In this document: positions 11,101 through 19,738 of the stretch, piece after piece
Numbering within the stretch: position 1 is the first letter of the stretch
How the letters are laid out: each line of letters starts with the position of its first letter
IMG/VR virus record: IMGVR_UViG_3300030329_003954
Span: 1-64,000 of that record
Length of the DNA: 64,000 nucleotides
Strand: one strand, 5' to 3'
From: a virus
Made by a program: the position numbers and the translations under genes
Notes under the pieces: generated by a model
The model's database searches: none
What the model was told of the DNA's origin: nothing
The model's input: the letters and a program-made list of their open reading frames with translations, nothing else

Positions 11101-12015
11101 ACAAGCAGTGAATGGCCTGGAGCAGTAGTAGAGGGTTTAGTTTTAGCTAATCAGGCATTCTATGGGACGGGTCGTTATGCTTGTAATTCATTTGACAATT
11201 GTAAGCATTTATCTCCTTACACCTTTAACTCTGATGGTTTAAAGAGTAGTCCGAAGTGTCAATATAGCTTGTACGGTGTCACAAACTCCATGATGTTATG
11301 CGGTGATGATACCATGACTCCGTTTACCTACCTTTACAGGGCTCCTTCGTATTACAGAAATAACTTTGTAGGAAGCTTTAGATCCTCTGTTGTAGCAACT
11401 TATTTTGGTGGAGGTCTCATTAATAGAGCAATAATTAAGGATATTGATATCCTTAACTACAGTTGGTCAGGCTCTGTTACTGATGCATCCAAAACACCTA
11501 TTACAGGGAATGCCCTTATCAACATGTTTACCGATTTTGAGGATGGTTTAACCTTTGATTGTGGTTTGGGCAATGTTGAGATATCTAACTGGGATCTTCA
11601 TCAAGGAGATGGTTCCGCTATCTACATGGGAATGTATCATATTGCGAATCAAAACTATATATACCAGACCAGGGATGGGAGTGCTTGTGGGGTTGTGTCA
11701 GGGATTAATATCACTAACATTAATCTGAACCCTTCAGCGTTGAACCCTCCTGATTCACTTGCAACATCAAGTGCTATTTACGGTCTTTCTGCGGGTCCGA
11801 CACCTGCTCAGACGGCAGCAGGCTCACCTCAATCAGCCAATAGGCCAATGAATATAACGTTTACCAACTTTAAGATAGGTTCTGACACATTCTTAACAGA
11901 CACTAACGTAGACGACTTTACGTTATGGTACAACCCTGTTAGTGCCACTCTTTCCGTTACCGACCCAGACTCTGCTTCTGGCGCAGGATCAAACATAGTA
12001 TTTAAGACAACCTAA
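8128..12015 (+). CDS. Tail-associated carbohydrate-active protein: degenerate GH5-like TIM barrel plus GH49/GH28-like beta-helix
   Basis: RGVNYLPS, GINCIRTPL, FDLCNKP in the N-terminal part; LYFPPGVH, VYIDANAYIKG, GRGLIS, NSDG, GDD in the C-terminal part. Confidence 0.65.
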   Translation: MPKINPDIPANSVQYFSNARGVNYLPSLDSEWEKSGYLPRPDFVTAFDLNAKGNSDGLPPPALFTEIGVAESKIFVGVNPASIWYYYNESDHEKGLIKLKKLGINCIRTPLFYDIYHFNATSYLENVKSFLKMCDRHNIRVQFVLWDSEQSTRTISSVSGLAALSEQATPNLTTALTLEKARNPNITLAASPSFFNASAGPYIDALASSVSSYQSMWCFDLCNKPTSEFLNLAVSSQARLNQNLSSTNIKYTFSPKDGLNIFNDTDYLDNGRGTGPSGSYGIEDIKTFSSLIDFVSVPFIANNDYAFNRYLNGSISGTSSSGINKPFMVYAAYDPEVSQNLNTTLDVLQASSVGYFNNLGVIDSPFSFGFDKLKFGNIYSDGEYRDLKAANSLLLKAQDANWFNRRDISKAANLKEKQESSFSGTSNELTTLDSSVSPKAVQSWDILKNYYVNAGPNLLEGLGRSDKASQKFKAGFDSEFSQSVNHNVMASSFNDNSLEENLRILYNFDTHFPPLSNFTFSVSGDNWQKINESMVIRNGFLQSLAKFVVDYDSDTVGYAELRNSTYDTNPIPDYERGVLTELIEFMTDSFTIQSGGKKGEVWTRNPTTTKITDLSSTFTYEYAYAFYGVSDSGTDFSNYYDNYYEKLVNQLKKCLMWIFWKGTTDTEFKIVSDSFLSDISFVASSISSVEIYDSTVTANDTYTPGNLNSVKSPLYTVEVYNPSTSLWASSFVTVVSGQARQITSEQATGPFSSYGIGVSGSNAPISFTTFGTSGIAKVRVKKTNAQSITSSEVYPKRSSKIRQPSIFTFGDASTRGIEFTTYIGDKLYIEIDGNTSAPLCIFADPFKPAIPSGLTTYAGQNRATYSRESNLNLTSGTNSYNTVNWDVSANRFTSYPDSLYFPPGVHDLSAGLPLSSNTVVYIDANAYIKGGFDLVSGYDCRFLGRGLISAEMYPRQPFIESVKSDISDDAAGFYMPIGISVSSVSEQYPGATSSEWPGAVVEGLVLANQAFYGTGRYACNSFDNCKHLSPYTFNSDGLKSSPKCQYSLYGVTNSMMLCGDDTMTPFTYLYRAPSYYRNNFVGSFRSSVVATYFGGGLINRAIIKDIDILNYSWSGSVTDASKTPITGNALINMFTDFEDGLTFDCGLGNVEISNWDLHQGDGSAIYMGMYHIANQNYIYQTRDGSACGVVSGINITNINLNPSALNPPDSLATSSAIYGLSAGPTPAQTAAGSPQSANRPMNITFTNFKIGSDTFLTDTNVDDFTLWYNPVSATLSVTDPDSASGAGSNIVFKTT

Positions 12016-12016
12016 A

Positions 12017-12460
12017 ATGCCTATTTCAAATAATGTTACTGTTCATGGTAATGTAACACCTCGTCAAATAAGAAGGGTTGTTTCAATAGAAGATCCTAAA
12101 TTTCAGGGTTTAAGATATCCCATACCCCTAAACCCAGAGAATGGATATTTTAGCAAAGCTTCAGGTCTACCTCTAATAAAGTCCAATTTATCCTCACTGA
12201 TAAAAACTGGAAGGGGTGAAAGATTCATGCGTCCTGATCTGGGGTGTAATCTTAGGAAATTCCTAATGGAGCCTCTGGATGAAGTTACTTTCTCCATGAT
12301 AAAAGAGGAAGTCGTTATCTCGATACGTAGATATCTTAGCACAGTTGCAATAGGCAAGCTACAAGTTTTTGAAACTCGTAGCGGTCAGTTAAAGGTCAAT
12401 CTTTTCTGTTCGATCAGGGACGCTATTGCTTCCGCATTTAATATCGGAGTTAGAATATAA
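12017..12460 (+). CDS. gp25: Baseplate wedge / sheath initiator, gp25-like
   Basis: LIKTGRGERFMRPDLGCNLRKFLMEPLD. Confidence 0.9.
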   Translation: MPISNNVTVHGNVTPRQIRRVVSIEDPKFQGLRYPIPLNPENGYFSKASGLPLIKSNLSSLIKTGRGERFMRPDLGCNLRKFLMEPLDEVTFSMIKEEVVISIRRYLSTVAIGKLQVFETRSGQLKVNLFCSIRDAIASAFNIGVRI

Positions 12461-14064
12461 TGGTTGTTTTTTCAGGAACAGTTGAATCAGACTTTTTAAA
12501 GCTGATACCGTCCAAACTAGATAATAAAGAAAAGCTTATTGATTTTAGTGCTTCTGACTTTGAAAGTTTAAGAGAAACTTTAATAAAATACACTAAGGCT
12601 ACTTTTCCGTTAGATTACAATAATTTTGAGGCATCCGACTTTGGTGTTTTACTGATTGAATTAATGGCGGCAATTGGCCATATTCAATCCAACAAATCTG
12701 ATTTTCTAGCTAATGAGAATTACATAGGGACCGCTAGAAGTAGAGACAGTGTAAAAAGACTTTTAGAGCTTATAGGTGTCCGTATGAAGGGGCCTATCTC
12801 TGCGGCTGCCAACGCCGCACTATCTTATACTACAGGGACTGTAGCCGCTCCCGCTTCTCTTACGGTAGATGCATCAAATCGTGTAACCACTATTACTTCT
12901 CCCGAGGATGGAGGCACATTAACTTATACTCTTTATAAAGTTAACAATAATGGAACGGTTGATCTAACTGATCCTTCAGAAGATCTAACATTCAGTGTGA
13001 GTGCCTCTGGTGGAAATGTTCTTATCACAGATGCCGTTTTACTTGAAGGAGCCCTTGTCGTCGAGACTGGCACTTTCACATCTCCTGAGGCTGTCAAATC
13101 TATTAATTTATCACAATTTCCTTATGTCGAGAAAAGTGCTCAAGTTTTCCTAACTGGGAATACAGAGTCTCAGGGCATCTACAAAGAAGAGGAAAATGTT
13201 TACTTTGCTTCAGGGGCCACAGATAAAGTTTTTCAAGTTACAACTGATGAGAATTTTAAAGCATCGATCCTCTTTGGTGATGACAGTGTAGGCAAATCTC
13301 CAGCCATAGGAGACAGCTACGTGGTGACCTACCGTGTGGGTGGTGGTTCCCGTGGGAACATAGCAGAAAGTTTTATTAACTCACAAATTGTTGGCACTTC
13401 AGTTTCGGGTGGAGATAGTGAACAGGTTACAATGATTCTTGAGAACACAAGCCTTGCAACTGGTGGTAGAGATGCAGAGACAGTAAATCAAGCTAAGAGA
13501 TACGCACCCTTATTATTTAGAACACAAGACAGGCTTGTAACTCTGCCAGACTTTAAAGGTTTCGCTAATTCTTTTGCATCCAATTATGGATCAACAGGTA
13601 AAGCTACAGCATCAGTTAGGAGAGCTTTCTCATCTGCTAATATTATTGATTTATTTGTTCTTGAAAGAGCCTCAGACAGTCAATTGAGAAGAGCAACTCA
13701 GGAATATAAGCGTCAGTTATTGGAGGCAATAGACGGTAAAAAAATGCTGACTGATGAAGTTGTTGTAGTTGACGGATTAATTAGAACTTTAGATTTAGTG
13801 GTCACTTTGAATATTGATGAAAAGTTCAGAAGAGGTGAGGCTCAGTTACTTCAGTCTGCAAGAAGATCAATTCTGAATTACATGAATATTGACAACACAG
13901 ATTTCTCTGAGCCTTTTGTGCCTCAGGATCTTATAAGAGTTCTCTTAAAAGACGAAACCAATATTAGATATGCGGAAGTTAACAATGTTGATAGGCCCAT
14001 AAATGTTGGGTTTAATGAAATTATTCAACTGAACAATCTAACCCTACGAGTAGAGTACGTTTAA
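12460..14064 (+). CDS. gp6: Baseplate wedge subunit gp6 / baseplate J-like
   Basis: DFESLRETL, ANENYIGTA, FGDDSVGKSP, YRVGGGSRGN, GGRDAET, QDRLVTLPDF. Confidence 0.9.
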   Translation: MVVFSGTVESDFLKLIPSKLDNKEKLIDFSASDFESLRETLIKYTKATFPLDYNNFEASDFGVLLIELMAAIGHIQSNKSDFLANENYIGTARSRDSVKRLLELIGVRMKGPISAAANAALSYTTGTVAAPASLTVDASNRVTTITSPEDGGTLTYTLYKVNNNGTVDLTDPSEDLTFSVSASGGNVLITDAVLLEGALVVETGTFTSPEAVKSINLSQFPYVEKSAQVFLTGNTESQGIYKEEENVYFASGATDKVFQVTTDENFKASILFGDDSVGKSPAIGDSYVVTYRVGGGSRGNIAESFINSQIVGTSVSGGDSEQVTMILENTSLATGGRDAETVNQAKRYAPLLFRTQDRLVTLPDFKGFANSFASNYGSTGKATASVRRAFSSANIIDLFVLERASDSQLRRATQEYKRQLLEAIDGKKMLTDEVVVVDGLIRTLDLVVTLNIDEKFRRGEAQLLQSARRSILNYMNIDNTDFSEPFVPQDLIRVLLKDETNIRYAEVNNVDRPINVGFNEIIQLNNLTLRVEYV

Positions 14065-17000
14065 TGTCAGGTAAAACTTATTTAAAAAATAATAAATTTT
14101 TCCAAAGGAATTACTTTGAGGCATTAAAGTATATCCTACCAGAATACCTATATGAAGACGATGTATCGGGGACACCTAAAGCAGATGACCCTATAGACAC
14201 AATAATCAACAGCCACATTGATATAGCTTCTAACTTTGGATCTGTTATAAATGTAAGCGCAGTTGAGAATACTGCCTTTAGCTCGATAAATACTATAAAC
14301 GGCATAGCGCCTTATTTTATTAAGCAAAATGAATTAACAAATATTAATACTGAAAACTTTGAAAATAATATTCTATCTTTTTTTGGAAAAAAATTCAAAG
14401 ACTTTGCCTCTCAAGATAGTTTCTCTGATTATGTTGAAACAACCTTACTACCCGCTATAGAGTTAAATAATCCAGATCCAACCATATTTGCCAGTCTTGG
14501 TAGTGCGTCGAGCACTCACAATTATTTAATTTCAAATCTATCTTGGATGTATTTCTTAAATACTTCTGGGCAGTATTTTGATCCCTCATCTTATGTTAAA
14601 GATTCTATAGTAAGCAGCCTTTTTGAAGGCAAATCTTTTAATCTGGCTGATGGAATTAACGGTCTTAGTGAGTTTCTTTGGAAGAATGCTTCATCAGCAT
14701 ACTACCCTTCAGATTTATTTTCCAGCGGAACTAGATCTGATTTAAGTGGAACACAACAGTTAGATAAGTTAAAAACGTGGAATGAGATTATTTATTCCCC
14801 TCTATTCGCAGACTCCTCAGACTTTAGAGTTAGAGACAAGTTTACAACATATATTGAAAGCAATCTAAAGTCTGCTAAAAAAATTGAGGATGGGCCTTTT
14901 GCAAGATTGATAAGAGCTTTGTCTTTCTTTGCGTTTGATGTAAACAACGACACTGAAGAAATATCAACCCTTTATGATTTAGATGATTGCCCAGACGAAT
15001 ACCTTCCCTTAATTGCCCAACTAATCGGCTGGGACTTATTTGGAAATAGACCTGAAAGATGGAGGCTTCAGCTTAGGAACGCAGTCCCTATCTATAAGGC
15101 CGTAGGCACTAAAAAAGCTGTTCAAAGTACAGTCGATACGATCTTTCCAAAAGACAGTTTTCCAATTCAAGGTAAAATTACAGAGCTTTGGGAGTCTTAT
15201 GTTCCCTTTCTAATTTATTATTCTTTGGCTACTGAATCTTCTAAATTTAGAAGTTTTGAAAGCTACACCCCCGGTGATGCTACCGCTTTGAATATTGAAA
15301 AATATTCAACCTCTAGCATGGATGATAATATTAGATTAGCAGTAGATCAAATATTGTTGGAGATTATCAGACAATTCCCAAATAATTTCCCTATTAATTC
15401 ATGGTTGTCTGAATTTAAGGGCACATTTACTTATAGAGGTAGAGACTTTTCCATACCTCCTTTTGAGGAGTATCCCTATTACGTAAACACTGAGTTGGAT
15501 GCTGATATGGTCACCTTCATAGCAGATAGGTTGGCTTGTTATGGTGTTAGGGAAGAGTTTGCAATAGATGTAAGTTCGTATATAACAGACAACGCTTTAA
15601 ATGTTGAAGATCAGCCCAGGTTAGGGTCTTGGCTAATATTTACATCGGGATACAATGCTCCTCCAAATTTTGATAATTTGGTTAGGAATTTAAACGATAA
15701 TAGATTTGATTATGCATCTCTTTGGTCCGGCAAATCATCCCACTTTAAACTTGTCCTGGAGGCAAGTGATTTTGATTTCTCAAAGAAAAACTTAAATACC
15801 ACAGGGACTGGAGATGCTGTTCAATTTGCTTCGCAAGCTGTTGGTAAAACTGCACCGGCTCACTCCATTCCTTTAATTTCATTAGAAGTCTCAGCAGGAC
15901 CAGACAACCTATCGTTTGAGGCAAGTGCGTTACCTCACATATACCAGGATCGCGAGCAGATTAAAGTAGCTGCTGGTAATAACACTTTCACATCTGGACT
16001 TTTCTTCAATAGCTATATGCGTGGTGTTAGGTCGGATGGTGACGTATTCCCTAGATCAGATACACAATCTCTGGTGACTTCTAGGTTCTTAAGTGCTTCT
16101 AGTATTGACTCAATACCAAGAAATACATCCAGAAGAAGATCCTTTGAGAAGATAATGCCCTTTAACGGTTATTATGATCGAACTGGATTTAACATGCCCG
16201 TTTCGTTTGGTGCTTCCTCAGGACCTAGCGCGATTCCTTTGGGATTAATCCCAAGTTCGCTATCTTACACTCCCGTAAGCAGCCATATTAATCTCCCTCC
16301 AATATACGCTCAATGCGAAGACTTGAATTCTATTAATAGTTATTTTGAGTATGATGTAAGTAACACTCAGAATACTAGAGGAAAGACAGATGTATTTCAA
16401 TCCAACGCAGATCGCACTACCGACCGTGGCCAGCTTCCAGGTATTTATGCTGCGATGCATAGAATCGGGGAAGGCAAAAAATACTTTAAAGCTTTGGATG
16501 ATATCATCCCTGATTTGAATGAATACTTGGAGGCGTTAATTTATATCTTACCGCTTCACGCAAGTAACCCTGACGAATCTGCTGTAATTCTTAGTGAGAT
16601 AGAGCGAGTTCGAGCCCTAGTTAACGGAGACTTTAGATCTCTTATTACTAGTGGCACCAACGCAGATGCTGCTGGTTACAAATTCCCAGAGTCTATAAAT
16701 GATTATTACAATTTTGAATTTGGGAGAGATTTCCACAGGCTTTACAAAACATATCAAGAAAACTTTATTTGGCACAGATTAAGCCCCGATATTCAAAAGC
16801 AGGATGGTCCGAATATATTCTCACACACTTTTGGACCTCTCCTTTATAATCACGACTTTGAAGAGCTTGGAACTGTGAGAGCGTTGGTTGCATCCTCTTT
16901 CGCCAACCCTACAAGGATAGATGTATCTAGTGTTCCGTTTACAGGGGTGGGATCTTTCGCCGCTGAAGGTGATTCCCAAATGTATCTGGAGACCTTTGAA

Positions 17001-18065
17001 CGTGTTTCCTCTGGCATTCTAGAGGCCGTAGAACTGGTTCTAACGTCTGGTGTGACGGGTGAAGGGTCATTCTCTATCATAGATGTCCCAGGTTCTCAGA
17101 GGGCTTCCTATGAGGACCCTTACTTGTTTGATAATACTTTGGTGTTAATGAGGTCAGGAAATGGCGCAGCCACTAGGTTGAGGTTTGATATTTCAAAATA
17201 CCCAACACCAGCCTCCTACCCAATCAATAAAAATTTCTTATCTCCAGATCACGATTTTAAAGTTAATTTACATAGCCTTACCAGCAGGGATTCTGGGACA
17301 ACTCTAGGCGGTCGGAGCGTGGGGATATGGATTCACACGAAACCTGAGAGTGGTATGATGTGGAGCTTTACACCAAAGGGTGAATGGGTTCAACATAACC
17401 AGTTGATAACTAGATCGAGCATGATCAACAATTTCGCTCATACCAAACAGTTGCCATTTAAAAATAATGTTCCAAACTCGACCAACTCAACAGATTTTGT
17501 ATGCTTAAATCAAGTTACTACAAACCGAACATCCCCTGTTATTGGTATTGGCGAGGAGGACTTTGAGGACTTTGAGGTTACCTTCAACACTCGCAATAGA
17601 GATTTAAGGCTACCCGCTGATTATCAAAAAACATACAAGCAGCTACATCGACTGAATCAAAACTATGTTGTTGAAGTCTTCATGGCTCCTGGTGCTGCTA
17701 TGGATGAGTTCATGCTTGTTGATAGTGTTGAGATTCAGGATTTAACTTTGAAGAAGCTTTCTGAGATCTTTGCAGCAGGTAAACTAAGCGACCCCCTGTG
17801 TGTTTTAAAGGAACTTAAGAGGGAGTGCCAAGAGTATCGCCTTGAGCTTAGTAAGCAAGACCTTTTTGATATCTTTAAGCACTTCAATAATATCGCGGGT
17901 AAGAACGCTGCCACAGCATACGCTAGCCGAGACAAGACTAAGACTGCGACTATAATGGAATCTGAGGGTGGTTCAAAGATTGATTACAGGCTACCAGATG
18001 AAATGCTTTCGGTAACTTACTCGACGCGAGGGAACTACAAAGCTGAGGTTAAAATTACGATATAA
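14064..18065 (+). CDS. Large baseplate wedge protein with a P2 gpI / gp7-like domain
   Basis: DLDDCPDEYLPLIAQLIGWDL...WRLQLRNAVPIYKAVGTKKAV; follows gp6. Confidence 0.65.
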   Translation: MSGKTYLKNNKFFQRNYFEALKYILPEYLYEDDVSGTPKADDPIDTIINSHIDIASNFGSVINVSAVENTAFSSINTINGIAPYFIKQNELTNINTENFENNILSFFGKKFKDFASQDSFSDYVETTLLPAIELNNPDPTIFASLGSASSTHNYLISNLSWMYFLNTSGQYFDPSSYVKDSIVSSLFEGKSFNLADGINGLSEFLWKNASSAYYPSDLFSSGTRSDLSGTQQLDKLKTWNEIIYSPLFADSSDFRVRDKFTTYIESNLKSAKKIEDGPFARLIRALSFFAFDVNNDTEEISTLYDLDDCPDEYLPLIAQLIGWDLFGNRPERWRLQLRNAVPIYKAVGTKKAVQSTVDTIFPKDSFPIQGKITELWESYVPFLIYYSLATESSKFRSFESYTPGDATALNIEKYSTSSMDDNIRLAVDQILLEIIRQFPNNFPINSWLSEFKGTFTYRGRDFSIPPFEEYPYYVNTELDADMVTFIADRLACYGVREEFAIDVSSYITDNALNVEDQPRLGSWLIFTSGYNAPPNFDNLVRNLNDNRFDYASLWSGKSSHFKLVLEASDFDFSKKNLNTTGTGDAVQFASQAVGKTAPAHSIPLISLEVSAGPDNLSFEASALPHIYQDREQIKVAAGNNTFTSGLFFNSYMRGVRSDGDVFPRSDTQSLVTSRFLSASSIDSIPRNTSRRRSFEKIMPFNGYYDRTGFNMPVSFGASSGPSAIPLGLIPSSLSYTPVSSHINLPPIYAQCEDLNSINSYFEYDVSNTQNTRGKTDVFQSNADRTTDRGQLPGIYAAMHRIGEGKKYFKALDDIIPDLNEYLEALIYILPLHASNPDESAVILSEIERVRALVNGDFRSLITSGTNADAAGYKFPESINDYYNFEFGRDFHRLYKTYQENFIWHRLSPDIQKQDGPNIFSHTFGPLLYNHDFEELGTVRALVASSFANPTRIDVSSVPFTGVGSFAAEGDSQMYLETFERVSSGILEAVELVLTSGVTGEGSFSIIDVPGSQRASYEDPYLFDNTLVLMRSGNGAATRLRFDISKYPTPASYPINKNFLSPDHDFKVNLHSLTSRDSGTTLGGRSVGIWIHTKPESGMMWSFTPKGEWVQHNQLITRSSMINNFAHTKQLPFKNNVPNSTNSTDFVCLNQVTTNRTSPVIGIGEEDFEDFEVTFNTRNRDLRLPADYQKTYKQLHRLNQNYVVEVFMAPGAAMDEFMLVDSVEIQDLTLKKLSEIFAAGKLSDPLCVLKELKRECQEYRLELSKQDLFDIFKHFNNIAGKNAATAYASRDKTKTATIMESEGGSKIDYRLPDEMLSVTYSTRGNYKAEVKITI

Positions 18066-19123
18066 TGTTTGTTCAAGGGTTTGGAGAAGTTTTAGCTGAT
18101 GTCTTCACGGTTAATCCGGCAATTGCCGATTTACCCAGTGCATCGGCAATTCTTGATGCTTCAAACTACACCTTTCAAGCTGTAACCTTCGGTAAGGAGT
18201 CTGACGGGTTTAGTAGACACTCTCACGTAGTCTCATCAACTCAGCGTATCGATCTTAATGCTGCCTCGTCAATTAGTGGCTATGATAGTGGCGTATTGCT
18301 AATTGTAAATAAAGGCTCCTCTGATCCTAGTAGCACCTCATCATACGTGGTCAGTGCAGAGTATGATACGCCTGCATTTAGAAAGGCCGTTACGACCTCT
18401 AGCTATTACAACTCTGTACCCAATGATCCCTTCCCCTCAGATACTAGGCTTGAGCGTGGGTCAACATTATCTACGAATTTGTCCTCTTTCTCAGCAGTTG
18501 TAGGTGGTGAAATTGCTGTAAGTTCATTGCCTAATTTAGGACATTATCCCAACGCTATTTTGAATCCACAGCTAAGTTCAATATGGAATAAGGTCGGCGG
18601 ATTTGCTCCCTCTGGTGGTGCGTCGGCGTTCTTCTACGATAAAGACGAAACCATAGTATTCGAAACCACATTAAGCGGTGCCTTTAACACCAGCGGCTTA
18701 ATGGATAAAAACGGCTACTTGACGGTTTCTCCAGACTCAGCATCAGCAGGCGTCAACTACACACAAGGGGCGATTGTAACCTCAAGCACGGACACCTTGG
18801 TTACCAGCGGCCAGCTAATATTAAGAGCTAGCGTTTCTGGTGGCGATGCAATTTCATTAGTATCATTTGGCAGTTTTAAGCATGTTGGAGTTTATTGCTT
18901 AGATATGCAGCAAATGTTATCTACAGGGTTAATGCCCCCTTATGACTGGGACGCTCTAAATAATAACAGGAAGTATAAGCTGGTGGCTAAATCAACCATC
19001 TTGGACAATCCTTTAGTTCACAGGGATGTAGCCCCAGCGGGCTCCTCAAATGTCGAATCTGGGTTGGCTCACTGGTTGGCTTCCAACTCTGTATTAATTT
19101 CTTTAAATTTTGATTTCAAATGA
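18065..19123 (+). CDS. Putative baseplate/tail structural protein
   Basis: 352 aa, Ser-rich, translationally coupled within the baseplate operon. Confidence 0.45.
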   Translation: MFVQGFGEVLADVFTVNPAIADLPSASAILDASNYTFQAVTFGKESDGFSRHSHVVSSTQRIDLNAASSISGYDSGVLLIVNKGSSDPSSTSSYVVSAEYDTPAFRKAVTTSSYYNSVPNDPFPSDTRLERGSTLSTNLSSFSAVVGGEIAVSSLPNLGHYPNAILNPQLSSIWNKVGGFAPSGGASAFFYDKDETIVFETTLSGAFNTSGLMDKNGYLTVSPDSASAGVNYTQGAIVTSSTDTLVTSGQLILRASVSGGDAISLVSFGSFKHVGVYCLDMQQMLSTGLMPPYDWDALNNNRKYKLVAKSTILDNPLVHRDVAPAGSSNVESGLAHWLASNSVLISLNFDFK

Positions 19124-19737
19124 TTAAGTCTCTGACAAATCAGTTAGGTATTAAGGGTCATTTAACGGTTCACAAGATCGTTGATGGTCAGGAAGAACTT
19201 GTATATGACGAGGATAATGTCATTGTTTCAGGATTTGGCTGGGCACTTTCTCACCTTTACGGTAAGGTAGGCTCAGATAGTATCACTGATTACCAGATTG
19301 ATAGATTCAAGTTAGGTGTTAGTGGTAACGCTGAGTTGCAGGTTAGCACCACAAACAATCTGTCTGGGGAATTATCCTCTATTACAGAATATTTAGGGAC
19401 CACGGGAGATAGTAACCTGGAGATTGTGTCTGGTTTTAGGTGGGCTGATAACTTTGCCACCACAACTCTTGAACCTTTTGCAAAAATTCCTTTTAGCAAA
19501 GTAACCAAGGTCGATGATAGGACTGTTAGATTTACTATCTTTGTAGATGAGGATTCTTGCAATAATCTTACTCGGCATGGAGACGTTGTTAATTTAAATG
19601 AAATTGGATTGTTTATTAAGAATCCAAAGGCAAGTGCTACGGAGACATCCATTCTTGCCGCTTACAGATATTTTAGTGACATTAGAAAAACATCAGACTT
19701 TGCTCTAGTTTTTAGATGGACAATCTCATTCGGATAA
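19120..19737 (+). CDS. Baseplate / tail-fibre attachment protein
   Basis: N-terminal DNVIV, NEIGLF and C-terminal KTSDFALVFRWTISF are typical of fibre-collar domains. Confidence 0.6.
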   Translation: MIKSLTNQLGIKGHLTVHKIVDGQEELVYDEDNVIVSGFGWALSHLYGKVGSDSITDYQIDRFKLGVSGNAELQVSTTNNLSGELSSITEYLGTTGDSNLEIVSGFRWADNFATTTLEPFAKIPFSKVTKVDDRTVRFTIFVDEDSCNNLTRHGDVVNLNEIGLFIKNPKASATETSILAAYRYFSDIRKTSDFALVFRWTISFG

Positions 19738-19738
19738 C

